Source: Ruditapes philippinarum (lineage: Eukaryota). From it: 64,000 bases of DNA. This document shows positions 12,545 to 26,218 of this stretch, piece by piece. The translations under genes were made by a program, and so were the position numbers. Position 1 is the stretch's first letter. Every line of letters begins with the position of its first letter. Location: contig NW_026861328.1 in the NCBI RefSeq assembly GCF_026571515.1, positions 248,001 through 312,000 on the forward strand. Reading direction: 5' to 3'. The notes under the pieces were generated by a model. The model worked only from the letters and a program-made list of their open reading frames with translations, had not been told where the DNA came from and made no database searches.

Positions 12545-12750
12545 GCAGATGTAAACAAATCTTTGGTCATATTTCGATGGTCGATCCACCTAACTAGCCG
12601 GCAAGAACCAATGACCAGTAATCCTACTTGATTTCATTATCCGTGGTGAGAGATGACCGACCAGTAGATTCAATATCCAGGAGCATTTGTGATGGAAAAA
12701 AATGACTTGCACGAATATTGAACCAGTGACCCATGCAGTCTGTGGGGAGT
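12545..12750 (-). mobile_element. Decayed SINE (paralogue ~50610-50815)
   Basis: On the - strand, a B-box-like ggtcactggttcaat is followed by a tail gaccatcgaaatatgacc similar to the other SINE tails here. Confidence 0.45.
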
Positions 12751-13779
12751 AATGTATAATACTGTAATAAGTGTTAGGAGACTGATATTATGTATATCAC
12801 TAACAACGATTTCGGTATAAAATCATGCACATATCATTAAAACAATCAGCAAAGCGTAGTAACTCCGGACCTAATTTTTTTCGTTTTCAGTAAGAAGACA
12901 ATATTAGCATTTGATCATTTATCATAACAAACTATATCAACTATATCTATTCAGAGTATATTAGTTCAGTAATATAGCGTTACAAAACTCGAGCTTTCGC
13001 AGACAGAATAGTTTAAGGACCGTAGATTTATATATTTTGTTTTGTACACCAGAGTAATGTTTATCCGTATATTACGGTTTAATATAAGGAATTGATTATA
13101 CATTAGATAATTGAATATCAGATTGATGTCATCGCATAGTTTTAATTTTCTAATAGTGTAGACTTAGTTATACTGTTATACAGTTTCTATACTTCATAGA
13201 GAGATAGTTCAATTCATTTTTATTTCACTCTTCTTTACAAATTTATTTTTTAGTATTAATAAAGAGAAGTTATCAAATCCTTTAGATTATATTTAGGGTT
13301 ACGGAAGCGAATTATGACTAGAAATAAATATTTTCATCTTTATTTAAATGAGAATACGTGACAGATTATTTTACAAGCCAAACTGTACTAGCCAAAATAT
13401 ATTACACAGATAAGAATTGCCTTTATCAAAAAAAAAATTAATATATTCCTATTAGGAATACAAGAACATGACAAACTCACCAGTATAAGAAAATTAGCAT
13501 TTCTTGTCAAACGTCAAAATAGATGAAATTTTATGCTAAACATATACTGCCTGTTTCCCCTAATGGCGCGGAATTTGCTAATGAAGAAATATCATAATAT
13601 TCTACTTTTCTTCATTGATCACTTGCCCTGATGATTTTATTGTGATATCTATTTCTGAAAAGATCATATACCAATAAATGTACTAGATCAGGATTTCCAG
13701 CCAGATTGACAGTGTTGGAAGTTTTAATCGGTTTGTTTAACGTTCGGTGGCCATAAAGTATACTACTGTTAAACAGAGA

Positions 13780-13780
13780 A

Positions 13781-13803
<23 letters not shown>
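13780..13803. repeat. (TA)n microsatellite
   Basis: About 12 AT units. Confidence 0.9.
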
Positions 13804-13812
<9 letters not shown>

Positions 13813-14771
13813 CAATAAGGAGGTATTGTACAAAACAGATGATAGATTGAAAATTGTCATTTGATCACGGTGTTGCTAAACAACATATGCTCAGTATGAT
13901 AATTTGATAAATTGTGGGATGAATTAACATTCTAATGCGATGTTTAATGGTATCGTTTACTAGTATTGACACATTTAGCATCATTTAAGAATACATATAA
14001 TTTTACAAAATGTGATTTCGCATTGTCGGCCATGTTTGAAGGTCAAGGTAAGTCAATGGAGGAAGACGTGTTTTACAGCTTGTTGTTTCCGACCCTTTCG
14101 GTTTTTGTTGTTGTTTTTTCAAATAAAAACAACGAATTTTTAAGCATGGGAACATTAGTATACTTAAGAAAAACATTTGAAATACGCTACGCAATGGAAC
14201 TGATCTTCACTAAATTGGTCCAAAGTGAAAGTAGAATGAATATTTCCAATGCTTATTGAGTCATATATGCTAGACATTTTACTGTAAGATTATGCAAAGA
14301 AAAGTATAGTATCTAGAAGATGCCATTTGTCGATATATCTGTATAGTCTATCAAGAAATACAGTAGGGAAAATGAATATACATGTATACAGAACGCCAAA
14401 ACGGCAAAAGGCTCGGATTTATTGAGCCAATAAAGTGTCAAGAAATATCCTACTCACTTTTTGAGCTACGTTTAATAAAAAAATGAGTATAAAAGGACTT
14501 TTACTAAAATTACATTGAAGAGTGTTTTATTCGTATGGCCCCACACAAATTAAGTTGAAAATTTTCAAAGGTCAAGATTTAACACTATACAAGTGAGAAA
14601 TACTGGAATAACCCAACTAGAATTAAAGTCAAACAAAAAATGTCACCAGAAACAACGAACACAACAATAATGACGTGCTGAACATGAATCGGAAACACAT
14701 CATCGAAAATTTAATGCACGGGGAGACTTTTTCGGTTTCCAAAAGGGACAAATAACATTGATATGACTTTA

Positions 14772-15593
14772 ATACCTATGTTACTATATATAGTAACAAA
14801 ATCTAGGGTATTTCAGGGCCATTATGCCAACATCTATGTCATTATGCAATTTCGGACGCCTTGCTACTCGGCATTATTTTTCCATAATGGGTGAGTGAAT
14901 GAGCGCACGTACAAAATGACGTAATCAACTCTCAGTTACTTTCAAGATGGCTGCTGACGTTGAATGAACTGTAGTCATTTGAAAACAAAATTTTAAGTTT
15001 AATTTAAATCACGTTATCAATATCAATCAACAAAGCTTAATATAGAAGATTTATAAATTCAAGAAAAGAATACAATAACTCTACCCAAGACAAAACATAA
15101 CCCTCAAAACTTCCAAAAACGATTTCAATTTGACGGTAGATTTCTATAAAAAAAAAGATCGGATCGATGGCAAATAGAGCTAGACATCAGTCTCGGAAAC
15201 CGTCCTTGAAGGCACAAATGTTCATAAAAAACTGGCACTAAATGTCATTATCACAAAAAATATATAGAGTATTTATTGATATCAACATTGTCTCATATTT
15301 ATTTTGTTTTGTCATGTTTTCAAATGTAATCGTAGGGTTAAACTGAATGACATATGATTGTTTACATTGACAACTGTCTGTTTCTTAGAAAGGGCGACAA
15401 CCAAGATAAGTGGCGATGTCTAAATGCCGTATTTCGGACATTGGTATTAAAGACGTTAATACTTGGTTGTTGCTCGCCATCATGCGATAATGGCCCTCGA
15501 GTTCATAATGTCCTTCGGGCCTGCGGCCCCCATGCCATTATGCACATCTTCGGGCATAATGTCGAGCAGCAACCAAGTATTAACCTCTAAATA
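14772..15593. mobile_element. Palindrome-ended insertion, tentatively Crypton-like
   Basis: Absent from paralogues (~21805, ~53272). 29 bp imperfect inverted repeat 15456-15484/15555-15583 around a gggcc-tgc-ggccc hairpin. Ends cctctaaata. Boundaries approximate. Confidence 0.5.
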
Positions 15594-18407
15594 AAAATTA
15601 AGGTACTAAGTAGCATCAACAGTAACGGAGATTAAATGTTATCCTTTAATCCCATAGCAACTTCAGTATCCCTGTGTGAATACGGACTAAACTCCTAACG
15701 AATCAAAGCACATTGTTGCCGTCCTTGACCGCGGAAAATAAATGCATTTGAGTAAACATGGTAAATCTTTATTTATAGACGATATTAAGTAATCCTTGAA
15801 ATTATGTAATAAGCATATCCGTGCGTGTTTATCAAGCTCATTTGATACCTAACATTGTCTGCATATTGAACACACTTTAGACATTGTATTATAATTATCA
15901 CCCGACACCTCGTATGTATCTTGTGTGTAGCATTTAAAACACATGAAATATTATACATGCAACCTCAGAAATTTATGCAAGCATTTCTCAGAACGCTAGC
16001 AAAAGGGCGGGCAAGAGTAGTAAAGTGATCGTGTGATTGAGATGTTGGCCCCGTTTGTTAGGGGTGCGTTCATTAACTGTCACCTTTCAAGGTTGTATAG
16101 TACAACACTCATTGTATGGCACATGTTACTACATAAGACTTATAACAGTAATTTTAAAGCTTCACGCTAATGTTACTGTCATTTTATGAAAAGTAGCTGT
16201 TTTCCTTTTCATCTTGATTCATTTCTAGATGCATTTAAAGGAAATATACAAAAATCAAACAGAATATTTCACAATTTGTTATTTGATTTCTATTCTTGTG
16301 TCCATTAGGGACTGAGTATTCAATGGATTTTTGGTGGTGATTTAGAGCAAAAATATAGCCGGTTCTTAACCAGTTTGTAATTACACTTATCCTTAGATTA
16401 TTTAGTAATGATTCTTTCAGTGGTCGTTACCACAAACATTTTTGTGACAATGAACACAGAAGTGCGAAGTAAGTTAAGTTCAATGTATAATGTCAGTATT
16501 GCGAAAGGGATTAGTGTAAAATATTGAAATATGCCTGATTTCCTTAATTTTAAGGACAGTTATCTTTAAACATTTACATGAAAACTATTTTTATTTGATG
16601 TAAATGAATGTACGTCTTAAAGCGAAATGCCTCAAGATTCATGATTATTTTTATGATAATTTTAAAAATGTATTTAAAAGTAAAATCTTTCTCTCTAATT
16701 AAAATATTATGGTTCATCTAGAGGTCTGCAGCTTTTATAGATTTTCTTCATATATGATATAATTTAACATACAACTAGTGTTTCCGTTAGTTTTACCCAT
16801 ACCGGAAATTTCATTTCGCAAGAAGTGGGGTGATATACATGCTGCGGATGACGTAATCTTGCCGTTGTGAATGAAGCTGTAATATCAGACGCTGTTGAAA
16901 GAAAAAAGTAACGGTGGTAATGACATACATTTCCATGGAAATATAATAAGGTAAAGAATTTAAAGTATTTAAGTATCTAAACCACAACATATAGCAGGTA
17001 TTTTTTATTTAATCCGAGCCTGCAATATTTTCAGTTGCGCCCGTTTTGGGCGTTCTTACGGGATTCTGTTTCTCTTCATTTTATTTTACTGTGCACTAAT
17101 CAATTTGCGTTAATTGTTTTAATACATATGTTACATTTAATCATTCAAAGATATAAACAAGTAGTTACTTACTGGTTTGTGTCGTGGTATTAATCGATAA
17201 AGAATAAACATAACAAACAACGGCATGTAAACAATTATCTGCATCAGCATAAGATGCATTACATGTCTTGTGTAAATATCAATAATTAAGATGGAGAACA
17301 TCTTTTTCATTGCATTTTTATTGCAGAAACCTCTCTAGTTTGAAATTTTATGATTAAGTGAATTTTCCTTTCTTTTCTTACATTTATGTAAAGTCGTCTC
17401 TAAAAATTATTCGAAATTGCATTTAGTGTCATTCAATGTTGATAGTCAAACTCAAAGTGTTAACTTCCTATTAGTGCTTTTGCTATGTTCTTGTCCTAAC
17501 TTCCGTTTTGTTTGGTGCCTTGCTAGTTTTCCGTGCTGATGGTTCTATGTGTAGCTGGAGTTTGTTGTGGACATTGTAGATTGAGTTCCGCCTTTCCTTG
17601 TTCATATCTGTGCTCATATTTTATGACAAGGGTAATGGTAGTATGGCCAAAAGTAGACAACTACACCTACTGAACATAAATATAGAACTTCTGATTATAG
17701 AAAATGAAATCAAATTGTCCTTGATAGATATTACATGCATACGCTGATATAAATATCGTTTGATACTGACCACGGAATACAATAATTCAATAAGTAAGAT
17801 TGCAAAGAAGATTGTCTGCTTGTCAAGCTATTTTCATTTGGTTATCAGCAAGGCCATCTGTTTTGTCTGATAATTATTAAGTATTTCTACGTGCCTGTAA
17901 TCTACTCGTTGAAAGCATTTTAATCATGTTTTGGTGTCTATTAATTTAAACAGCATGAAATGTTTCTAATTAGTATTACCGGCGAGTAAAATTATATTCA
18001 TAGCTTTTATAAAATACATTCTACAAAAATTTGATCATAAATGCAATACATGCTGGTGAGTCGTGGTGCATTATAATCAGCGAGTGATAAGGTATATCAA
18101 TTGCATGTGTTTAAGCTTAAAAGGGAGTGAATCGAATTTGTTATGCGTGTGTCGATAGCTCGATGCTCGGAGGGGCGAAATATCTCCGTGACACTTGATT
18201 TCGCATATGGAGACTTGTAGTCCTTTGTTTTTACAGAAATCATATTGGACTAGAAATTGCACTGGGACATTTGAAATTTATGGTTAGTCAACCTGGATAA
18301 AATAGATAAACAGAATCTGTTAAGCATGCAAAATGTATTACTTGCTCGGTTTGATTTCACTTGCGAATTTACTTCGTCTGTTTATTTGATATTTGTTATT
18401 TTAAATT

Positions 18408-18818
18408 AACAAAAAAAATCTGGAAACAAAGTTATACTTCGGAAGCATAAATCACGACAAAATTACAAGAAAACTACAGACTCGGTTTGATTGAGTCTGT
18501 ACATAATGGATAATGAATAAATGCAACATCCCTCAAGCCCACTAACACCGGCGTGAGCGGTACTCAGTTCACAACACTTAATAGTGCTGGCATTAGTAAT
18601 CCCGAAGGACCAGAAAAATATAACAACACTGAGGTGAAGTACGGGGCAACTTTTTACAGCTGCCACACGGGACTTGACACCTGCTGTTGTGAAGTATAAA
18701 AATCTAGAAATAAAGTAATCCCTCGGAACATTAACCACAACAAAATTACAAGAAAACCGCAGACTTGGTTTGATTGAATCTGTACATGAGGGAAAATGAA
18801 TAAGTGCAACATCCCTCT
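18408..18818 (-). mobile_element. Family Z element (~1.4 monomers)
   Basis: Internal period 283 (cagact at 18477 and 18760). Reverse complement of the 10407-10773 family. Absent from the paralogous site near 33340. Confidence 0.7.
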
Positions 18819-19002
18819 TGATAAACAAACATGAAACAATTCAATTTATGTAGCTTTATGAGTTAGATTAAGCGTTTACTCATTAGATTTCTATCTTTTT
18901 ATCAAACTAATTATGAAACTAGCAGACTATTTAACCACGATGAAAAGCTATATCACTGGTCTCGTCTTCGGCGACTTTCAGGGTAAATATAGCTCTGACC
19001 CT

Positions 19003-19344
19003 TAATCGTTCAGCGCGTCATAACTGATGAGCTTAAGGTAATTTTTATTCTTTAAATTTGACTTTTTTAGTTGGTGGTTCCAGTATTCCTCACTTGGATA
19101 CTGTTTACACACCTTAAGAATATATGGCCTGCTTTTTAAATTCGTCTTTTGACAGCTTATTTGTGATATGCAGGCTTCATAACCTCTGATTACCTTTCAA
19201 AATTCCATTTTATCTACACCCGCCCATTGTTTTCTTGTTGAGGGCACACACATTCTTTTTACTTGGGGACTCCTCGCTGCTTTTAATGGAATGACACGAA
19301 CATGTCACATTGAAGGTTCCATGATAACCGCCGTATGAACACAT
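19003..19344 (+). mobile_element. Family X internal fragment (duplicate at ~26404-26745)
   Basis: ggtggttccagtattcc...gataaccgccgtatgaacacat aligns with 11533-11801. Confidence 0.68.
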
Positions 19345-21614
19345 ACAACCTAATCACATTTATTATATAACTGTATACTAATTTGTTCCGGCGGAGCTTT
19401 ACACTTTGCTGATGCATCAACGTGTTTTTATGTGTCGACTGTCGAGGTTGTATTTATGAATGTTGCATTACTTTCCGGCTTCATATAATTTTCTTGATAG
19501 AACAAGTAAAATAAACAACACGTAAAATAAATATTTAGAAACTATGTAAACACAGAGTGAGCAAATGATAAAAAGGCAATAATAATATTGTCTGATATTT
19601 CTCCTAGGAAACGATAATTGAATGGGTTTAACGGTGGAGATTTTGGACAATCCTAGCGCCGGTTCTTAGTCAGTTCTGACAGACATCGTGGTAATTACAT
19701 TTATCCTGAGATTATTTAAGTAACGGTTTTTGCAGTAGGCGTTTCAACTAGTATTATTCTTCTAGTATTTGAAGATTGAGAACGCAAAAATATGCTTAAA
19801 GATATCAGATCTGGTCCAGATTGTAGTGCTTATACTCAATATAAATAAAGTATTGGTTCCTATTTTGTTCTAAATTGATTAATTGATTCAAAATGCAGTA
19901 ACTATAATCTGTAGACTTACATATTACATCATACATTTATACATTTAATGCATAGTCTGGACTTTTTAATTTATCATTTAAATACCGACATGATATAAAT
20001 GTTGGTTTTCCCAAATGCATCGTTTTCGTTGTGCAACCTATTTTGTTTCAAAAATGAATATAACATTACTGTAAACAATTCTTTTTAATTGTGCTCATTT
20101 ACCGCTTATTACGTTATAATTTGTTTTGCAACAGTTGTTATGTGTTTACAATACATTGTAGAGGAGACAGCAGAGGGCATTTACCTGTAGATTAAACAAA
20201 TAATGCTGATAATAAAGTAATTTTTATCGCTTGCTGATTAAAGTGATCCCTTTGTATATTGTTACAGAATCGTGTTTGCTTAATCATTTGCCATGTAAAT
20301 GGAAAATGAATTTGCATACTGAATTGTATTAATGTTAAAATTTGTTGAAACCGGTGCTAGAGGACATAAATAATACGTTGCAGAGACAAAATCAAAATAC
20401 AAATTCGTCTTTCAGAGGGTAACTTAACAGACATGTTATTTATAGGCAATGTGACATAGCATATTTTTAGATCGTACTGTTGTTAAAGTTTGACATAATC
20501 TAGGTTGAACTCTTGACATTCGCAAATGTTTCCGTATCAAGAAACCTAGTTACTCGATTTTAGAATTTCAATAATCTTGGACTTTAGTGGAGCTCACTGA
20601 TATTTTAATTGTAATATATCATATGGATTACCTTATGTTTCATTATATGCAAAGACATTTTAATCTCTTTTATTAATTTAAATACGTTACTTGTCCTATA
20701 TAATGACACTATTCCACTTGTCTGTTAAAGTTTGCTAATATTATTTCAATATATCAAATGGCTCTATATTAATTGACTTTACCTAGTTTGACAGTGCTTA
20801 TATATCAGTCGAGTTATATACAAGCAGTTGCATTTCTAGAAATCTAGAAATGTGAATAAGGTTCCTGTTTTGAATTATTTATAATTACACACCGTCTCGT
20901 TTTGTCCGTGTGCCCTGTCCTGTTTAGTGTCCTGCTGGGCTCCATGTCGATGGTCTTATGTCAGGACATGCGTTCAATGAATTCCGCCCCACCTTATTGA
21001 TCTTGATTTTTATATTTTGTTTTTAGTTTGGTATTGACTTTTCTAAAGCGAATATTCAAATGACAAACAAAATATTGGAGCATTATATTGTTTGATATTT
21101 CTTCAGACAGTGAGCATTAGGGAAACGAGAATTGAATGAGTTCCTCCTGGTAATTTAATACAATCCTAGTATTTGTTTTTATTCACTTGTGACAGACTTC
21201 CGAGTAATTACATTTATCTAGAGACTATTTAAGTAACGGTTCTTACAGTTGGCGTAGTAACTAGCTAAATATCTGGTATTTGATGATCGAGAACCAGAAA
21301 ATTGTGGAAGAACTTAAGTATGATGTCAGTATTGGTAAAAGGTATTCACGTTATGAAAATAGATGTTGATAAGATATATACATCTTTAAGGGTCAAGGTA
21401 CAAGAACAGTTACTTTAGTATATATTTTCTTATAATTCCTTATGTATTTCATATAGGGTTTCTATATTTATGAAAAAAGTCTTTACAACATTTTCAATTT
21501 TGCCGTGTTGGGCTTTCTTTAGGGATTCTGTATTTATTTTTTTTACAGTAATATGACAATATTATTAGTATAGACGTATTTTCTTATAAAAATTGCAAAG
21601 ATCAACATTTTACA

Positions 21615-21810
21615 TTACAGTGAGAATACTGGAAGAACCCAACTTAAAAAAAAGCAAAACAGAAAGAACCACAAGTACCACAGACACATAGATAATGTCG
21701 TACTGAACGATCTTCAAAGATCTAAAATATCACATCTCTAAATAAATGTATGGGGCAATATTTTCTGGTCTCCAAACGGGACCAAGAACACTTATATGAC
21801 TATTAAAAAC
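21615..21810 (-). mobile_element. Family X 5'/internal fragment (paralogues ~14590-14768, ~29015-29212, ~53090-53275)
   Basis: gaatactggaagaacccaac...aatgtcgtactgaacgatcttcaa is the reverse complement of 11360-11550. Confidence 0.6.
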
Positions 21811-24003
21811 TAAGAAAAATAATAACATCAACCGTTACGGAAACAAAATGTTATCTTTTAATCCCATAGCCATTTAAGTATCCCTATGTGAATATGGATG
21901 AAATTTCGAACAAATCAAAACTACATTTTGCCGTCCTTGTCCGCGGAAAATATATACATTTGCGTATATCTTTATTGATAGACGCTACTCAGTAATATTC
22001 AGTTTTTCTTTAAATTATCTAGTAAGCATATCCGTACGTGTTTATCAAGCTCATCTGATGCCTAACATTGCTTGCATATCATGTCTACATATTGAATAGA
22101 CCTTTAAACATTGTATTACAATTATCACCCGGCACCTCGTATCTTGAATGTAGTATTAAAAGAATATACAAGCAATCTAAAGAAAAAACGTAAACAAGCG
22201 TTTTCTCCAAACAAAGGAGGGGTAGAGTATTAAAGTTGAACTGATGAAGGTCATTCAGGTCAAACGTTATTCATATTTATCATAAGCATTCGTTACAATT
22301 GTCAATTTGCCGTAAAGAAAAATTGTACGGTGTTTCATGTCTAATTATATCCTCAGTTTCCAGTAAGGCCGGATGGGGCGTGGATGGTAGCCTCCACTTT
22401 TCAGTACCTTTTTCGAATACTCGATCATTTTCAACCATTTCAATTGGCCGTTGTGAATGTTCTTTAGTGGTTATTTTTGTTCTTCTGTTTAAGTTTAAAC
22501 AAAGTTTTTTCAACAGTTTAAACATTTCAGTTTATTTCAATGATTACAACATACTAAGAATACATTTACTAGATAAATGGCTAATACATGAAAAGGATTA
22601 TATGTTAAAGTTATAGAGTTATTAAAGGTATTCTATAGAGTTATTGTCATGGCTAAGAGTTTGGCCCCCGTTTGTTAGGGGATGCATACATTCACTGTCA
22701 CCTTTCAAGATTGTATAGTACCCCACTCATTGTACATACGACTTATAACAGTAATTTTAAAGCTTATGCTAGAGTTATTACATGAAAAGAAGCTTTTTTC
22801 TTCCTCATCTTGATTCATTTCTAGATGCATTTTTAATTAAAGCAAAATATTAAATACACACAAGTCGAAAGGAATATTTCACAATTTGTTATTTGATTTC
22901 CATTCTAGTGTCCATTAGGGTCTGAGTATTCAATGATTTTCTGGTGGTGATTTAGATCAATCATATAGCCATTTCTTAGCCAGTCGGTTATTACATTTAT
23001 CCTAAGATTATTTTGTAACGATTCTATCAGTGGGCGTTACCACAAACTTTTCATGTGACAATGTACACAGAAGTGTAAAGTAAGTTAAGTACAATGTATA
23101 ATGTCGGTAGTGAAAAAGGGAGTAGTTTAAAATATTGAAATATGCCTGATTTCTTTAATTTTAAGGACAGTTATCTTTATACATTTATATAAAAACATTT
23201 GTTATTTGATGTACATGAATGTACGTCATAAAAGCGACATGCCTCAAGATTCATGGTTATTTTTATGATAATTTTGAAAATGTATTTAAAAGTAAAATCT
23301 TTCTCTCAAATTGAAATATATTGGTTCATCTAGAGGCATGCAGCATTTATAGATTTTCTTCATTTATTATATAATTAATTGTTAAACTTAAACTTATTGT
23401 TAACTTGTGTTTCCGTTAGTTTTAACCATACCGTAAATTTCATCTGGCAAAGAGGGGGTGCCAGGTGAGTCGCTTGCTATACGATGACATGCTCAGGATG
23501 ACGTAATCTTGCCGTTATGAATGAACACTGTTGTAAGAAAATAGTTACGGTTGTAATGACATACATTTAAATGGAAAATTGTTTTATTAAGGTAAACGTT
23601 GGAATTGGTAGAAGAAGGTAAAGAATTTAAAATATGAAGGATATTGTAAAATCTAAACAGCAACATATAGCAGATATTTTTATCTAATCCGAACCCGTAA
23701 TACTTTCAACATTTTCAATTTTGTCGTGTTGGGCTTTCTTTAGGGATTCTGTATTTATCTATTTCAATTGTGCCCGTTTTGGGCGTTCTTACAGGATTCT
23801 GTTTCTCTCCATTTTATTTTACTGCGCACTAATCAATTGCGTTGATTGTTTTAATATAATGTTATATTTAATCATTCAAAGATATTAACGAGTACTTAGT
23901 AAACTAAGAGAAAAAGATAACTGGTTTGTGTCGTTGTATTGATCGATTAAGAATAAACATCAGCATGTAAACCATTTTCTGCATCAGCATAAGATGCATT
24001 ACA

Positions 24004-24652
24004 GGGGGCAGGGGACATACCCGAATGATTGCCACGGTCAAATATTTTAATAACTCAGACATGGTGTTTTGAAGGTACTGTTAATTTCTGATATTTCTCT
24101 GTCATTGTAATTCTTTCTTGTGTGTGTGTGTAGGAACTGAGAAGTTTTTTGGGTTTTTTTTACCCGAAACTAAGCATTTTGGTAACTTTGTATGCATTTA
24201 TGACTCTTTAAAAGGAGGTGAAAAAGTTTTTTAAAAAAAGGTTTGACAGTTGGCGCCAAACAAGAAAGAAAATTACGGATAAATTTTGTGAAAAATCTAA
24301 ACGTATGACAGACACTTTATTGTTCATTTTTGAAAATGCCGTAGCTTGCACTGCGTGTTAGCGATATTTCTAAAGGGTGGATTCTGGAGTATGCTGCACC
24401 TTCATGAATATTTCCCATATTGGTATATTTTAGGTGTGATTTTGACTGGGTGGGGGTAAATAAAAATTGCTGTCAGTCATTTATGTAAGAAGCAATGCAA
24501 GCAAACTATTATTTTCTTCAATGTATGTCATATATCATTGAATAATGCTATGCAACTGGTTATTTGCCTGTGAAACATGTTTTGAAATATTTGTAATTGT
24601 GTTTCTGGCCACACTGAAATACAAAACTGTTCATTTTTTTGTCCCTGCCTCC
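24004..24652. mobile_element. MITE with ~13 bp imperfect TIRs and a 3 bp ACA target duplication
   Basis: att-aca-[gggggcaggggaca...tgtccctgcctcc]-aca-tgtct. The empty site attacatgtct is near 17260. Superfamily uncertain. Confidence 0.75.
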
Positions 24653-25816
24653 ACATGTCTAATAGAAATATCAATGATAAGATGGAGAACATCTTTTTTT
24701 TTATTGCATTTTTATTGCAAAAAAACATCTCTTGTTTGCAGTTTTATGATTAAATGATTTTCTTTTCTTCTTTATGATTATGTAAAATCGTCTCCAAAAA
24801 TTATTGCAATATTTTAGTGTCATTCAATGTTGAAAGTCACACTCAAAGGTTTAACTCCCCATTGGTGCTTTCTCTATGTCCTTGTCCTAACTTCCGTTTT
24901 GTTTGGTGCCTTGCTAGTTTTCCGTGCTGATGGTTCTATGTGTAGCTGGAGTTTGTTGTGGACATTGTTGATTGAGTTCCGCCTTTCCTTGTTCATATCT
25001 GTGCTCATATTTTATGACAAGGGTAATGGTAGTATGGCCAAAAGTAGACAACTACACCTACTGTACATAAATATAGAACTTCTGATCATAGAAAATTAAA
25101 TCAAATTGTCCTTGATAGATATTACATGCATACGCTGATATAAATATCGTTTGATACTGACCACGGAATACAATAATTCAATAAGTAAGATTGCAAAGAA
25201 GATTGTCTGCTTGTCAAGCTATTTTCATTTGGTTATCAGCAAGGCCATCTGTTTTGTCTGATAATTATTAAGTATTTCTACGTGCCTGTAATCTACTCGT
25301 TGAAAGCATTTTAATCATGTTTTGGTGTCTCTTAATTTAAACAGCATGAAATGTTTCTAATTAGTATTGATAAAAATTAGCAACCGGCGATGTAAAATTA
25401 TATTCATAGCTTTTATAAAATACATTCTACAAAAATTTTATCATAAATACAATACATGCTGGTGAGTCGTGGTGCATTATAATCAGCGAGTGATAAGGTA
25501 TATCAATTGCATGTGTTTAAGCTTAAAAGGGAGTGAATCGAATTTGTTATGCGTGTGTCGATAGCTCGATGCTCGGAGGGGCGAAATATCTCCGTGACAC
25601 TTGATTTCGCATATGGAGACTTGTAGTCCTTTGTTTTTACAGAAATCATATTGGACTAGAAATTGCACTGGGACATTTGAAATTTATGGTTAGTAAACCT
25701 GGATAAAATAGATAAACAGAATCTGTTAAGCATGCAAAATGTATTACTTGCTCGGTTTGATTACACTTGCGAATTTACTTCGTCTGTTTATTTGATATTT
25801 GTTATTTTAAATTAAC

Positions 25817-26218
25817 AAAAAAAATCTGGAAACAAAGTGATACTTCGGAAGCATTAATCACGACAAAATTACAAGAAAACTACAGACTCGGTTTGATTGA
25901 GTCTGTACATAATGGATAATGAATAAATGCAACATCCCTCAAGCCCACTAACACCGGCGTGAGCGGTACTCAGTTCACAACACTTAATAGTTCTGGCATT
26001 AGTAATCCCGAAGGACCAGAAAAACAACACTGAGGTGAAGTACGGGGCAACTTTTTACAGCTGCCACACGGGACTTGACACCTGCTGTTGTGAAGTATAA
26101 AAATCTAGAAATAAAGTAATCCCTCGGAACATTAACCACAACAAAATTACAAGAAAACCGCAGACTTGGTTTGATTGAGTCTGTACATGAGGGAAAATGA
26201 ATAAGTGCAACATCCCTC
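25817..26218 (-). mobile_element. Family Z element, duplicate of 18408-18818
   Basis: Near-identical copy carried by the 7.4 kb duplication. Confidence 0.7.

Noticed and set aside
18463-18828. ORFs within Z and X copies (also 11229-12064, 22280-22616, 59599-60113, 61656-61877)
   Set aside because: Frames are not preserved among family copies, so these are chance ORFs in non-coding repeats.
18941-19035. Hammerhead-like words (GAAA...stem...TC...CTGATGAG); duplicate at ~26342-26436
   Set aside because: The type II arrangement fails: extra nucleotides in the core and no stem II pairing. CTGATGA is not present in other X copies.
24827-25099. Hydrophobic 90 aa ORF resembling a signal-peptide protein
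   Set aside because: It reads through the T-rich strand of a Y element across the crossover point, and paralogues have stops or indels.
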